Below, in pieces: positions 50,590-62,965 of a DNA stretch of 64,000 nucleotides (position 1 is its first letter; every line of letters begins with the position of its first letter). Origin of the DNA: Scyliorhinus canicula (lineage: Eukaryota); the NCBI RefSeq assembly GCF_902713615.1, contig NW_024055820.1, positions 310,001 to 374,000 on the forward strand, written 5' to 3'. The notes under the pieces are model-generated. The model was not told the origin of the DNA, searched no databases, and saw only the letters and a list, made by a program, of their open reading frames with translations. The translations under genes and the position numbers were made by a program.

Positions 50590-51780
50590 CTCATTGGTTT
50601 AAAATATGTCTCTCTCAACCTTGAACATACTGAACAACCCAGAATCTACAGCCCCCTGGATTAAATAATTCTACAGCTCCCCGATGCTCTGAGAGAGGAA
50701 ATTCCTTCTCATCTCTGTCTGAAATGCGCGAACATTGACTATGTGATCCTGCACTCTGGTCCGAGATGCTCCCACAAGGGAAAACAATCTCACAGCGACT
50801 ACACTCCGAAGCTCCCTGAGAATCTTTCATGTCTCGATTAGGCCGCCTTCATTCTTCTAAACTCCAATCAGTCCAGGCCCAGCCTACTTAACCTCTCCCT
50901 GTAAGAAAATCCCTCCATCCCTCGTGATCCTTCTCAAGACTGCCTTCAAAACCAATCTGTCTTCCTTAGGTAAGGCCACGAAAACTATTCAAAGTATATC
51001 AGGTGTAGTCTAACTAGTCTAACTAGTCTAACTTTGTATAGTTTGAGCCAGACGTCCCCATGTTTATATTCTATTCCCTTTGAAATAAATGTCAACATTC
51101 AATTTGTCTCCATATTACCTGCAAAACTTGCTTTGTGTGGTTTCTGCATGAGGGCCCCCAATTCCCCCGTTACTTCAGCTTTCTTCAGTCTTTCTACATC
51201 TAAATAATATTCCGTTATGTTCCTCCTCCTACCAAAGTGTCTAAACTCACATTTTCCTACATTATGTTCCATCTGCCAAGTTTTTACTCAGTAACTTAAG
51301 CCACCTCTGTCCCTCTCTAGATTTTCTGTAACCTCACCACTTGTCTTTATATTTTTGTCATCTCCAGCCGTGGGAATAGTACATTCATTTATTAAACACA
51401 GTTTTGAAATTCATGTATATTACATCTACTGATTCCCCCTTCTCCAGCCTTCTCCTTATCACCTCGAACAAGGGCAATAAAGGTTTCAGGCATGATTTCC
51501 CCTTCACGAAGCCGTGCTGACTCTGTTTGATTATATTATGTATTTCGAAATGCTCAGCTATTGGATCTGTTATAATGGACTCGAACCGTTTTCCACTGAC
51601 AGATGTTAAGGTCCCTGGCCTATAGTTACCTGTTTTTGACGCCCTCCCTTTAGAATAAAGGTGTCACATTGGCAGTTTTCTAATCCTCTTGGGGTAAGGT
51701 GGGAGGAGCCTGGTGTGGAGTTTATACACCAGCACAGAATAGTTGGGCCGAATGGCCTGTTCCCCTGCTGTACACTTTCT
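50590..51780 (-). mobile_element. CR1 LINE 3' fragments in the Cmu3-Cmu4 intron
   Basis: aaattccttctcatctctgtc..., ttcattcttctaaactcc and related CR1 3' motifs. Confidence 0.65.
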
Positions 51781-51987
51781 GAAACTTTCGAATCCAATAT
51801 CCGTAAATTCTCAGGGAAAAGGATTGTGTCCACCTCTGCTCCGAGCTGGGAACCCGGACAGATCCCAAAGTGGAAAATGGAAACCTTTAAAATCCAACAC
51901 AAAACACATTTCTCTCACATCTAACCCGCGGTTCCATTGTCTCCGGAATTTCCCATTTTATTGACATTTATTGTACATTTTCTGCAG

Positions 51988-52379
51988 ATCCCAATCCGCG
52001 GGAACCGTCCGTCTCTGTCCTCCTGCCCTCGGCTGAAGACGTCTCCGCTCAGAGATTCGTCTCCCTCAGCTGCTTAGTGAGAGGTTTCTCCCCCCGAGAG
52101 ATCTTCGTCAAGTGGACCGTCAATGACAAGCCGGTGAATCCCGGGAACTACAAGAACACCGAGGTGATGGCGGAGAACGGCAATAGCTCCTTCTTCATGT
52201 ACAGCCTGTTATCCATTGCAGCGGAGGAGTGGGCCAGCGGCGCTTCTTACTCCTGTGTGGTGGGACATGAAGCCATCCCCTTGAAGATCATCAACAGAAC
52301 GGTTGATAAATCCAGCGGTAAACCCAGTTTTGTGAACATTTCCCTCGCTCTGATGGACACCGTTAATTCATGTCAATGA
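51988..52379 (+). CDS. IGHM: IgM Cmu4 exon plus secretory tailpiece
   Basis: Acceptor TCTGCAG|AT; [15 protein letters not shown]...[17 protein letters not shown]...[11 protein letters not shown]...VDKSS; internal donor G|GTAAAC at 52317/52318; tail [20 protein letters not shown] with an N-glycan site and penultimate Cys. Confidence 0.97.
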
Positions 52380-52406
52380 GAATCGATTGGTTATATTTCG
52401 AACTAA

Positions 52407-52421
52407 AATAAAAATAATAAA
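52407..52421 (+). terminator. Secretory-form polyadenylation signals
   Basis: AATAAA at 52407-52412 and 52416-52421, about 30-40 nt after the tailpiece stop. Confidence 0.75.
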
Positions 52422-53024
52422 AACGTTTCCTCTAATTGTGATTTAAACATACAGCCACTTGATTAATGGTGTTTCCACTTTACTGATGTTAGATCTGAAA
52501 ATGAAATGAAAATCACTTATTGTCACAAGTAGGCTTCAGTCAAGTTATTGTGAAAAGCCCCTCAGCGCCACATTCCGGCGCCTGTTCGGGGAGGCTGGTA
52601 CGGGAATTGAACCGTGCTGCTGGCCTGTCTTGGTCTGCTTTAAAATCCAGCGATTTTAAACCAGTCTCTGGTCAATGAGACCCGGATTTCTACAGGTCTC
52701 AGCCCCAAGTCTGATACAACCAGAGCTCTCAGCTCAGAAACACCCTGGGTTAGAGACAGAGTAAAACTCATTCATTCCAGGATTCAGCAAAATATCTTCA
52801 TTGACTTTCCTCCAGATGAGGAAAAATCGGACAATTTCCCATTTCAGACAAACAAACCCATCACATTTAGATCTCGGTGTTCCTGCTTCTCTCATTGTCC
52901 ATCCCTTTAAAATTAATGTCAGCTTTAAGTTGCTGCATGAGACCCACTGGGAACTGATTTGAGGGTCACACAGAAACATGGACCAACAATCTCCAGTCAA
53001 AGAGAGGGGAAAGTGAAATTATTA

Positions 53025-53875
53025 ATCCACTGTACCCCCACCTCCCCAACAGAGAGAGCGGGAGGGGTATTAGTTATTCCACTGTCTCCCCACCCACCCA
53101 CCCACCTCCCACACAGAGAGAGGGGGAAGGGCATTAGTTAATCCACTGTACCCCCACTTCCCCAATAGAGGGAGGGGGAGGGGTATTAGTTAATCCACTG
53201 TACCCCCACTTCCCCAATAGAGAGAGGGTCTTTAGTTAATTCACTGTACCCCCAATTCGCCAACAAAGAGAGGAGAGGGGGGTATTAGTTAATCCACTGT
53301 ACCCCACCTCACCAACAGAGAGAGTGGGAGGGGCTTTAGTTAATACACTGTACCCCCACTTCACCAACAAAGAGAGGGGCATTAGTTAATCCATTGTCTC
53401 CCCACGTCCCCAACAAAGAGAGGGTTGGGGCATTACTTAACACACTGTACCCCCACTTCCCCAGCAAAGCGAGGGGAGGAGCATTAGTTAACACACTGTG
53501 CCCCCACTTCCCCAGCAAAGCGAGGGGAGGAGCATTAGTTAACACATTGTGCCCCCACTTCCCCAACAAAGAGACGGTGGTGGTCTGAGTTAATCCACTG
53601 TACATCCGCTTCCAACAATGAGGGGGGGGGGGTGTACATTAGTTAATCCACTGTACATCCGCTTCCAACAATGAGGGGGGTGTACATTAGTTAATCCACT
53701 GTACATCCGCTTCCAACAATGAGGGGGGTGTACATTAGTTAATCCACTGGACACCCGCTTCCAACAATGAGTGGAAGGACATTATTTAATCCACTGCCTC
53801 CCCACTTCCCCAACAAAGAGAGCAAAGGGGCAATACTAACACATTTTACCTCCACTTTCCCAACCAAAAGAGGAG
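53025..53875. repeat. About 48-bp minisatellite in the Cmu4-TM1 intron
   Basis: ttagttaatccactgtacccccacttccccaa..gagggg recurring; exact 48-nt period at 53644/53692/53740. Confidence 0.9.
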
Positions 53876-54339
53876 GAAGGTGACGAGTGAACTCTCTGTA
53901 TCTCCACCTCCAGCAGGCAGAACCCAAAGGCAATTTGCTGACCTGACCAGAGAGAGGGAGATTATTAACTCAATATCTTCCCAGTCCCCAAGCAGGGAGT
54001 TTGGAAGTAAACGTTTGTCTGGACTAAGAACTCAGTTACTGACATTACAAGACGCCATGTAGTTTACAGGCTGAAACATTAGAAAGATGTTCTTAAAATA
54101 TCTATTTATGCAACATAATTTTTTTAGCACCCTTGTTCCTCTTATCCGTATGCTAAAACCGATTCTCCATAATCCAAATCCAGACTGGTGATTGAATTCT
54201 CTCTGGGTTTTCATTGTTCTCTCCTGAGGCACCTCCTTGTATTTTTGCATTAGGTCACCTGATGTCAGCTTGCAACTCACGGAAAACACATTTATATGCA
54301 GAAAGTTCAAAATATTCTACATCGGTATCAATAATACCC

Positions 54340-55690
54340 ACAACTGGCAAAGCTACAGGCAGCTGATACAAATACACAGACAGATAAACAGACACAGACA
54401 CTACACACACATGCACACAGACCCAGAAACACACACACGCTCACAAGTAGACACAAACACACACATGGACACACACATAGAAACACATGCACAAACATAC
54501 ACCCAGGCACAACGGACCACACATATTTTGACACAAAAACACACGCAAATGTGCACAAAAATTCACAAGCAAGCACGTAAACACAAAAAGCACATGTTTA
54601 GAAACACACAGACTCACGTGCACATCCACACATACAAACACAATTCCATACGCATAAGTGGATACACGCATGTACACAGACATATACAACCACATGTCGA
54701 CACAGATACACAGACATATACAGCCAGACAAGCAGGCTGACAGAAGAATATGAAACAGAAATGTAACCAATAACATGTAAATTAGCAGAATTTCACGATG
54801 ACAGAAATATTTCCATTCAAACAGAGACAATAATCCACACTAACGGACACACGTAGATACATATTAGCTGACTCGTACACACGCTAACACGAACACATAT
54901 GAATACACATAGAATCATCAATACACATCAATAGATAGTTATAATCAAACATCAGCGCATAAATAGCACCTCTGCCGCATAGCGCCATAATCCCGGGTTC
55001 AATTCCAGCCTTGGGTGATTGTCTGTGTGGAGTTCCCACGTTCTGCCGGGTCTGTTCCTGTTTCCTCCGCGTGCTCCTGTTTCCTCCCACAGTCCAAAGA
55101 TGTGCAGGTTCGGTGGATTGGCCAGGCTATATTACCGCTTAATGCCCACAACGTTAGGTGGGGTTACGAGGTTCTGGGGACAGGGCAGGGGCATGCGTCC
55201 AGGTAGGGTGCTCTTTCGGAGGGTCGGTGCAGACACAATGGGCCGAATGGCCTCGTTCGGCACAGTAGGGATTATATTTAATGATGATTCTATGATGAAA
55301 TACAGGCATCAACAAACACACACACACACAAACGCACTTATCCAGACACAAACATTAAGACACTGACATGCATGTTGAACGTATAAAGACACATTAACAC
55401 TTTCAATACTGGACAGGGAAGTATGAACTTATATTGAACAGGCATTAATATATAAACAGAGACTTCAACACACAAACACACACAATAAAACACTCATATG
55501 TACACATTAACAGAAGATAAACAAAGTTCACACAGGCGCTGACACACAAATACACAGATCAATACTCCTTGACACATGAACACACACAATGACACTTATA
55601 AAGACATCGGGACACACAAATGAAGAGTAAAGAAATACGAATTTCGCATCCACACAGACACAAAAGCTAAAGAACAAACACAAACGTCAG
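54340..55690. repeat. CA-rich low-complexity tract interrupted by a SINE
   Basis: Direct reading. Confidence 0.8.
54925..55285 (+). mobile_element. HE1/V-SINE-like SINE
   Basis: Head, core and tail motifs. Confidence 0.75.
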
Positions 55691-55692
55691 GC

Positions 55693-55890
55693 AAGGGCGG
55701 CACGGTGTCATAGTGGTTAGCACTGCTGCCTCACGCCACCATGGACCTGGGGTTGATCCCGCTCCTGGGTCTCTGTCCCAGTGGACTTTCCCAGTGACCC
55801 GCGGGTCTCACCCCCACCACCCAAAGATGTGCAGGGTAGGTGGATTGGCCATGTTAAATTGCCCCTTAATTGGAAGAAAAAAGTTACAGA
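55693..55890 (+). mobile_element. HE1/V-SINE-like SINE (short)
   Basis: gggcggcacggtgtcatagtggttagcactgctgcctcac head. Confidence 0.7.
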
Positions 55891-56037
55891 GATCGATTTC
55901 CGAGTGTCATGAACTCAACAGTAGATATGCAATGACAAATATGTTAAATTAGCAGCGGGAGAAAATGAAACGAGAATATTAAAAAACATATCCTGGATTA
56001 ATAAACAAACTAATTATATTTGGCTCGATCCTCGTAG

Positions 56038-56165
56038 ATACCACAGACCACACCTGGACTGAAGACGATGAGGATGATAACGGGAACATCTGGACAACCG
56101 CTTCCACATTCATCACCCTGTTCTTCCTGAGCATTTCCTACAGCGCTGCAGTCACTCTGGTGAAG
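56038..56165 (+). CDS. IGHM: IgM TM1 exon
   Basis: Acceptor CTCGTAG|AT; DTTDHTWTEDDEDDNGNIWTTASTFITLFFLSISYSAAVTLVK with an acidic spacer and the conserved antigen-receptor TM motif; donor AAG|GTGAGA. Confidence 0.96.
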
Positions 56166-56305
56166 GTGAGAAGATTCAATCCACTCACACTTCAAACTGA
56201 CAGAGGCCGTTTAAAACATCTCGAAATGTTTGATTGATTAAAAACTCTAACATCAATGTCCCAGATCATAAACATCTGCTTCATCATTTTCTCTCTCTTT
56301 TACAG

Positions 56306-56314
56306 ATCAAGTGA
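56306..56314 (+). CDS. IGHM: IgM TM2 exon coding part (IK*)
   Basis: Polypyrimidine tract plus TACAG|ATC AAG TGA; gives cytoplasmic tail KIK. Confidence 0.9.
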   Translation: MK

Positions 56315-56723
56315 TCGGTTGACGTTCGGACGCTGTAGATTTCCCTCAGCTGTTTATTATGATCTATGTGTGACACAAATACAATATCTCCTCTTGGTGA
56401 CTCTCACAGTAAAATTATCTCAGTTTATTATTCTGCATCGGTAACTGAGACAATCATGGACAGTATTTCTGCTTTTCAGTTTAAAATGTACGAGATAATT
56501 TTGGCTGTAATGTAATTGTAGCTAGTAATTTCTCTCAATGTCATGTCTAAATAAGTAACTTATCTCGTGCCTTATTTACAACAGTTGCCTTCCCTTTATG
56601 TTGAGCTCCTGTTCTCTCTCTCTTGTGTCTGTTACAGTTGTACATACATTTGGCAGCTCAGAGGGAATGTGTTCTGTTCTCAGTGTGACCCTCAATCGTT
56701 ATGTTCCCTTTTGTAAACATCAA

Positions 56724-56729
56724 AATAAA
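56724..56729 (+). terminator. Candidate membrane-form polyA signal
   Basis: AATAAA about 410 nt after the TM2 stop, followed by T-rich sequence. Confidence 0.55.
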
Positions 56730-57147
56730 CTTTTGTGCTATATCTTCTCTGAAATTTTAATAAATATTGAATGAAAAATGAAGAAAACAAGTCTAATCTG
56801 AACTCCTTTCTCTAAGGTCCATCGGCACCGCTCCATTTCCCCGATTACACAGTTGTCTCCCCTTTCCCAGACAGATATTTCTCACCAGTCCTGTCTGGGA
56901 TGTGTCTGAACTCAAGGCCCCTCAGTGAAAGAGCCGCTGCGCCACCAAGCGGCCCATCCGGGTTAAGTCACCTTCACCTTTGTCTTTTTATGGTAAACTC
57001 CAGAGACAGAATGATTGCACAGCTGAAGAATTCCACAGATTCACTCCCCTCTGATGGAAGAAATGTCTCCTCACCTCTGTCCTAAATTTGAGACCTCTTA
57101 CTCTGAGATTATGCCCTCTGGTCCCAGACTCTCCCACAAGAGGAAAC

Positions 57148-57395
57148 AAGATGATTTTTCAGGCTGTGTAACTGGTTAAAGCCCTTTCCACAGTCAGTTC
57201 ACTGGAACTCTCTCCCTCAGGTGTGTGTGGGTCTCGGGGCTTTTCCAGTCACACTGATGTTTGAAATCTCTTCCCACAGTCAGAACAGGCAAACACATTG
57301 ACAGTTTGTGATATGTAGGTCCTAATGAATTGAGTCAGATCTTGATGTTATATTTGGTTCGAGTTGCCCAGCTGCCAAATCTCCCGTTCTAATGC
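57148..57395 (-). pseudogene. Truncated remnant of a paralogous ZNF terminal exon (5' part only)
   Basis: Reverse complement matches 63115-63230 (ctggaaaag...gttccagtgaactgactgtggaaag...ccagttacacagcctgaaaaa) and has its own acceptor CTTTTTCAG; cut off by a CR1 fragment. Confidence 0.8.
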
Positions 57396-57589
57396 CTGAA
57401 AAAGAAGTTTTGAACCAGAATATTGTCCCCAGTGTCTCTGAAACACTCTGTCCGCTGAGGTATCCACTGGGTGTGGAAGGTGTCACGCATTCCGGTGGAT
57501 ACCACATGCTCCCTCTGCAAGACCACTGGGAATAGACAAGACCACAGAACAGAAGTCGGCAGCCAGAGTAACCGCCCACCCCCTCCATA

Positions 57590-57870
57590 ATAATAATAAT
57601 AATCTTTATTGTCACAAGTAGGCTTACATTAACAATGCAATGAAGTTACTGTGAAAAGCCCCTCGTCACCACACTCCAGCGCATGGTTGGGTCACAGAGG
57701 GAGCATTCAGAATGTTCAATTCACAGCACGTCTTTCGGGATTGTGGGAGCAAACCGGAGCACCCGGAGGAAACCCACGGGGAGAACGTGCAGAATCCACA
57801 CAGACAGTGACCCAAGCTGGGCATCGAATCTGGGACCCTGAAACTGTGAAGCAACAGTGCTACCCTACCC
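57590..57870 (-). mobile_element. SINE (HE1-like core)
   Basis: tttattgtcacaagtaggcttacattaac tail; ccggagcacccggaggaaacccac core. Confidence 0.7.
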
Positions 57871-58479
57871 CACCCAGCTACAATGCACTGTTTTAACCAG
57901 ACTCAAAGTAGATTCACGCTCAGCACAAGAATATTAGATATTATAGACTGTCAGATCCACAAACTCTGCCAAAGTGGCTGCAACTTAACAGGTTACTGTG
58001 GACATTAAACTGTGGGCAATATTCGATGCTGTGACCAATATTTAGTTAAATACGGACCTGAATAACGAAACTTTGCAGCCACCTGTGAAGTATAAATGTG
58101 CCGTTGTGTCAGGATGAACCAGCATTTGAGGAATATGAAATCTCGGGACTGTTGGTCTCCAAGTGCCGTATTGAACACAGGAGAATGACCTTGAATTGGG
58201 ACAGGGATAAGCGTGAGTGAGCATCGTAAACTGCTATTGTATAGGGGTGTTCTGGGCCCCAAAGTTTTAACCCTGCAGTTAATTGGCAGGGATGCAGTAT
58301 AATAAACCCTGGACAAAACAAATGTGTGTGTGTGAGAAGCATCTGAAGCACCAGGAACCAGCTGAACCAGCAGAGCTGAATGTCTCCCAGTGCAGCCACA
58401 GGACTGAACTTATTCCAGCTTTCAAGTCCACCTGAGAACCAACCTCCTGGCTATTCATCTACAAGAACGTTTGAGGACT

Positions 58480-58900
58480 TTGGGTCTGTACTCGTTGGGG
58501 TTTAGAAGGATGAGAGGGGATCTTATTGAAACTTACAATATACTGCGAGGTCTGGATAGAGTGGACATGAAGAGGATGTTTCCACTTGCAGCAAAACTAG
58601 AACCAGAGGACACCATCTCAGACTAAAGGGATGATCCTTTAAAACATATGAGGAGGAATTTCTTCAGCCAGAGGGTGGTGAATCTGTGGAACACTTTGCC
58701 GCAGAAGGCTGTGGCGTCCAATTCACTGAGTGTCTTTAAGACAGAGATAGATAGGTTCTTTATTAATAAGGGAATCACGGGTTATGGGGAGAAGGCAGGG
58801 GAATGGGGATGAAACAATATAAACCATGATTGAATGGAGGAGCTGAGTCGATGGGCCAAATTGCCTAATTCTGCCCCTATGTCTTATGGTCTGATAAGAA
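58480..58900 (+). mobile_element. CR1 LINE 3' end
   Basis: ttagaaggatgagaggggatcttattgaaac...ttcttcagccagagggtggtgaatctgtggaa. Confidence 0.8.
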
Positions 58901-59484
58901 GCTTCAGAGACTCATGAGAATTATTTGCTTTTAAAAACGCTTCACTCCAACGAAAGGATCAGCTCAATAAGAAGACATCAGACCTGCAGCGATATAAAGA
59001 TTGCAGTCTACATTCCATTTTCATCATCACAGCTTCAACTTGATCTGTACCTAATTTCTGTGTCTGTGTCAGTGAGTGAAAGGGCCGAGAGACTTAGATG
59101 CTCAAACATCCAGGGAATGGTTGTGAAAATAAATAACCTTTATTCCTTTAAAAATCACCAGTAAGCCTGCTGCTGAACTGTATTTTAAATAAAGAAATAT
59201 CACACTGAGGGTCAGAAAATATCACACAAACATCCTGATAATGGACGGGAAAGGACCACGAAATGTAATCAACCGTTGTATAACCCCCTTCAGGTAGCTA
59301 TATAGAGGCTGCAGCCTCTCACACTGAATGTCTACGTGATCCATAGACACCTCCAGGCTACAAACATCAGCTGCAGCCTGGGAGTGGGTGAAAGATCTGT
59401 TGTCTGTAATTTGCCCAGGGCACTAGGACTCGGCTGGGAACAGAAACCTTCAGGTCCCGCCCACCAGCTGTCGCATCACCAAGA

Positions 59485-59530
59485 CGCCAGCGCATGCGCT
59501 CTTCTTCCCCGGTGAACCAAGATGGCAGCT
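59485..59530 (+). promoter_or_regulatory. NRF1 + YY1 type promoter, probably of the downstream ZNF gene
   Basis: GCGCATGCGC at 59490-59499 and CAAGATGGC at 59518-59526 in a locally GC/CpG-richer patch. Confidence 0.6.
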
Positions 59531-60049
59531 GTGAAGCAGGGCCTGGTCCCGGGACAGAGAGCTGACCGGCGGTGATGTGACCTGAGGATCACCACACCTC
59601 AGGCAAGGGGCCAGGTTGGGAAGGCGGTGCCTTCAGGAATAACTGGGAAGGTGATGTTTGGTCAGTTGCTGCAGTCTGTGTAGTGAAGGTGCTGTCACAG
59701 TGGTGTGAGGTAAGGAAGTACAGGATTATAAGACCATAAGACATAGGAGTGGAAGTAAGGCCATTCGGCCCATCGAGTCCACTCCGCCATTCAATCATGG
59801 CTGATGGGCATTTCAACTCCACCTCCCAGCATTCTCCCCATAGCCCTTAATTCCTCGCGACATATTATCACCCAGCAATGATGAGTTAAGGGGAATGTAA
59901 ATCCCGCTCAGGCTGCTTTCAGATTGGAAAGGGAGCTAAAGTGTGTCCTTAGAGCTGGTGAATGTTTTGGCTTTGTCAGTTTCTCTGTAAAGTCCTTCTC
60001 ATTCATTCCCTCTCTTTACAGCACAGATAGAGGCCCTTTGACCCATTCA

Positions 60050-60330
60050 TAATAATCTTTAATATTAGTGTCAAAAGTCGGCTTTCATTAACACTGCAAT
60101 GAAGTTGCTGTGAAAATCCCCCACTCGCCTGTTCAGGTACGCAGAGGAAGAATTCAAAATGTCCAATTCATCTAACAAGCTCAACTTTCCGGACTTGTTG
60201 GAGGAAATCGGAGCACCTGGAGGAAACCCACGCAGACACTGGGAGAACGTGCAGACTCCGAAGCCAGGAATCGAACCCAAGTCCCTGATGCTGTGAAGCA
60301 CCAGTGCTAACCACTATGCTACCGTGCCGC
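60050..60330 (-). mobile_element. SINE (HE1-like core)
   Basis: Same family as 57590. Confidence 0.7.
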
Positions 60331-60863
60331 CCAGAAGATTATTAGATTATTAATTCTGGATTAATTGTGTCCCAAGATGCTGAGGGAGGTGAGGGAGAGA
60401 TTGCAGTGGCTCTTACCCAAAGTTTTAACCATAAATTCGGCCTGTGATCCTTAGAATTTAGAAGGTTAAGGTGTGATCTGATTGAAGTATTTAAGATATT
60501 AACAGGGAAAGACAGGGTAGATAAAGATAAACTATTTCCACTGGTTGGAGATTCCAAAAGTAGGGATCATTGTCTAAAAATTAGGGCTTGACCATTCAGG
60601 AGAGATGTTCGGAAGAACGTCTTCACACACAGGGTGGGAGAGGTTTGGAACTCTCACCCACAAACAGCAGGTGAAGTTGCATCAGTTGTTAAGTTTAAAT
60701 CTGAGGTAGAGTTTTGTTAAGCAAAGATATTAATGGATATGGAGTTAGATCACACATCAGCCATGATCTCACTAAATGGCAGGACAGATTCGAGGGGCTG
60801 AATGGCCTACTCCTGTCCCTATGTGTATTTCTGTAATTCTGAAATACAGACAATAATATGACA

Positions 60864-61090
60864 GGGGCAGCACGGTGGCGCAGTGGGGTTAGCCTTGCAG
60901 CCTCACAGCGCCGAGGACCCAGGTTCGATCCCGGCTCAGGGTCACTGTCCGTGTGGAATTTGCACATTCTCCCCATGTCTGCGTGGGTTTCGGCCCCACA
61001 ACCCAAAAATGTGCAGGCTAGGTGGATTGGGCACACTAAATTGCCCCTTAATTGGAAAAAAAATGAATTGGGTACACTAAATTTTTTTTT
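60864..61090 (+). mobile_element. HE1/V-SINE-like SINE (short)
   Basis: gggcagcacggtggcgcagtgg head. Confidence 0.75.
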
Positions 61091-61099
61091 AAATAGTAT

Positions 61100-61950
61100 A
61101 CCATGACAGGGAGAGAGTTCGGATTAGAACCTGAGTTAGTTCGAGCTGCAAACCATCCCTCCAGATCCTGGCCCTTCATGGACTTAATGAAGGCCAAGGC
61201 GATAGTTGGATTATTGAAAGACTTGACGGAGTTGTTGGATACCATTTTTTGGGTCTCAGGATAAAGCCTGACGTAATTCACGCCCCACAGCCTTGAGCTG
61301 CCTTTGAACTTCATCGATCCTCGACGCTTCGTTTGTGTTGCTGCCGAAAGTCCTGAATCGTCCCTCTCTCCTGGAGCCAGACGCCACCTCACCGTTCCCT
61401 CTCCAGGACATTCTGGCGATCTTTCCAGTTGTGGAAGTGAATGATTATAGGCCTGGGATGAAAACTATCCCTCAGCCTCAGAGACGGGATACAATACATC
61501 CTTTCTAATTTGAAACACCCAGGCTTCACATCCAGCTTGAGAAAACGTGGCTTCCGGTCCTCGAAGAACTAACGGGAGCCTTACCATCCACACCTTCTGA
61601 CAGGCCGTCAACTCGGATGTTCTTTCTCCGACACTCGGTTCTCCAAATCCTCTAGGACCTCCGCCAGCCACTCGGCTGGTTCTCAAAGGATTGAATTCTT
61701 GCCTCCGTGGAGGAGGCATCTTGCTGAATGTTCAGGATTCTCTCCTCCGGATCATCGAGCCTCTTCATGGTGTTTTGCAGCTGGGCCTCATGAGCTCACA
61801 GATATTGAGTCAGCACACTCAGCCTCTGGTCAGTAACACGGATAATGTCGGCAGTCATCATTTTCGCCACCTCTTGAGAGAGCCCCACAGAGCGCGGGAT
61901 CGTGAGACCTCCTGAGGGTCAGGCCGCATTGTTGAAAAGGCGGCTTCATT
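61100..61950 (-). mobile_element. Decayed L1-clade ORF1 (transposase-22-like)
   Basis: Minus strand DLENR/CRRKNIRVDGLSEG (cf. DLENRSRRxNIRIxGLPEG) with frameshifts. Confidence 0.7.
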
Positions 61951-62350
61951 CCCGCTGAATCCACCTGCCCTGTTTTATCAGCGCATTTCTTCACTTTTTA
62001 CAGCATAATCCTTCCAGACCGAACCCTGAAGTCTTCCAGGGACATGATAACAAATATTAATTCAAGGATTAGGTAGATGAGTGCCAGGCAATCAGGATAA
62101 GTGACAGATCATAGGTCAGTGGCACCAGAACCTGCGGAAAACAAGCTAATCCCATTCTGGTGGGAGGGATTTCTTCACTCGAGGATGTGGTGAAGCTTTG
62201 GAATTCTCTACCTCCGAGGATTCTGCAGCTTCAATCGTCAAGTATGTTCAAGACACAGATTGACAAGTTTCTAGATATTGAAGATGTCGAGGGGTATGGG
62301 GATAGTGTGGGAAAATGGTGCTGAGGTAGATCGGCTAAGGATCCGCTAAG

Positions 62351-62689
62351 GGGAGCACGGTAGCATGGTGGTTAGCATAAATGCTTCACAGCTCCAGGGT
62401 CCCAGGTTCGATTCCCGGCTGGGTCACTGTCTGTGTGGAGTCTGCACGTCCTCCCCGTGTGTGCGTGGGTTTCCTCCGGGTGCTCCGGTTTCCTCCCACA
62501 GTCCAAAGATGTGCGGGTTAGGTGGATTGGCAATGCTAAATTGCCCGTAGTGTCCTAAGAAGTAAGGTTAGGGGGGGGTTGGGTTACGGGTATAGAGTGG
62601 ATACGTGGGTTTGAGTGGGGTGATCATGGCTCGGCACAACATCGAGGGTCGAAGGGCCTGTTCTGTGCTGTACTGTTCTATGTTCTATG
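62351..62689 (+). mobile_element. HE1/V-SINE-like SINE, young subfamily
   Basis: Near-identical to the 17388 copy. Confidence 0.9.
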
Positions 62690-62965
62690 ATCCCATTGAA
62701 TGGTTCAACTATTTGTTATGATCTCCTGGACAGGAAGCTGTGAGCTTGGATCTGTCAATCAACATGAATCAGCACCTTCAGGAGAATTGGGAGGGTGAAT
62801 ATTAGATACAGCAGTGTGAGAATGGAGGCAGATTGTGTGGGATGGAGATGGACAGCTCTCAGGGAATAAGAGAGAGGAAACAATGTGACATAGAAACTAG
62901 CATTGTCTGTTCTGAGTTTCAATTCTGTACTGACAGTGATGAATTTTGTAAATTGTTTCTTCCAG

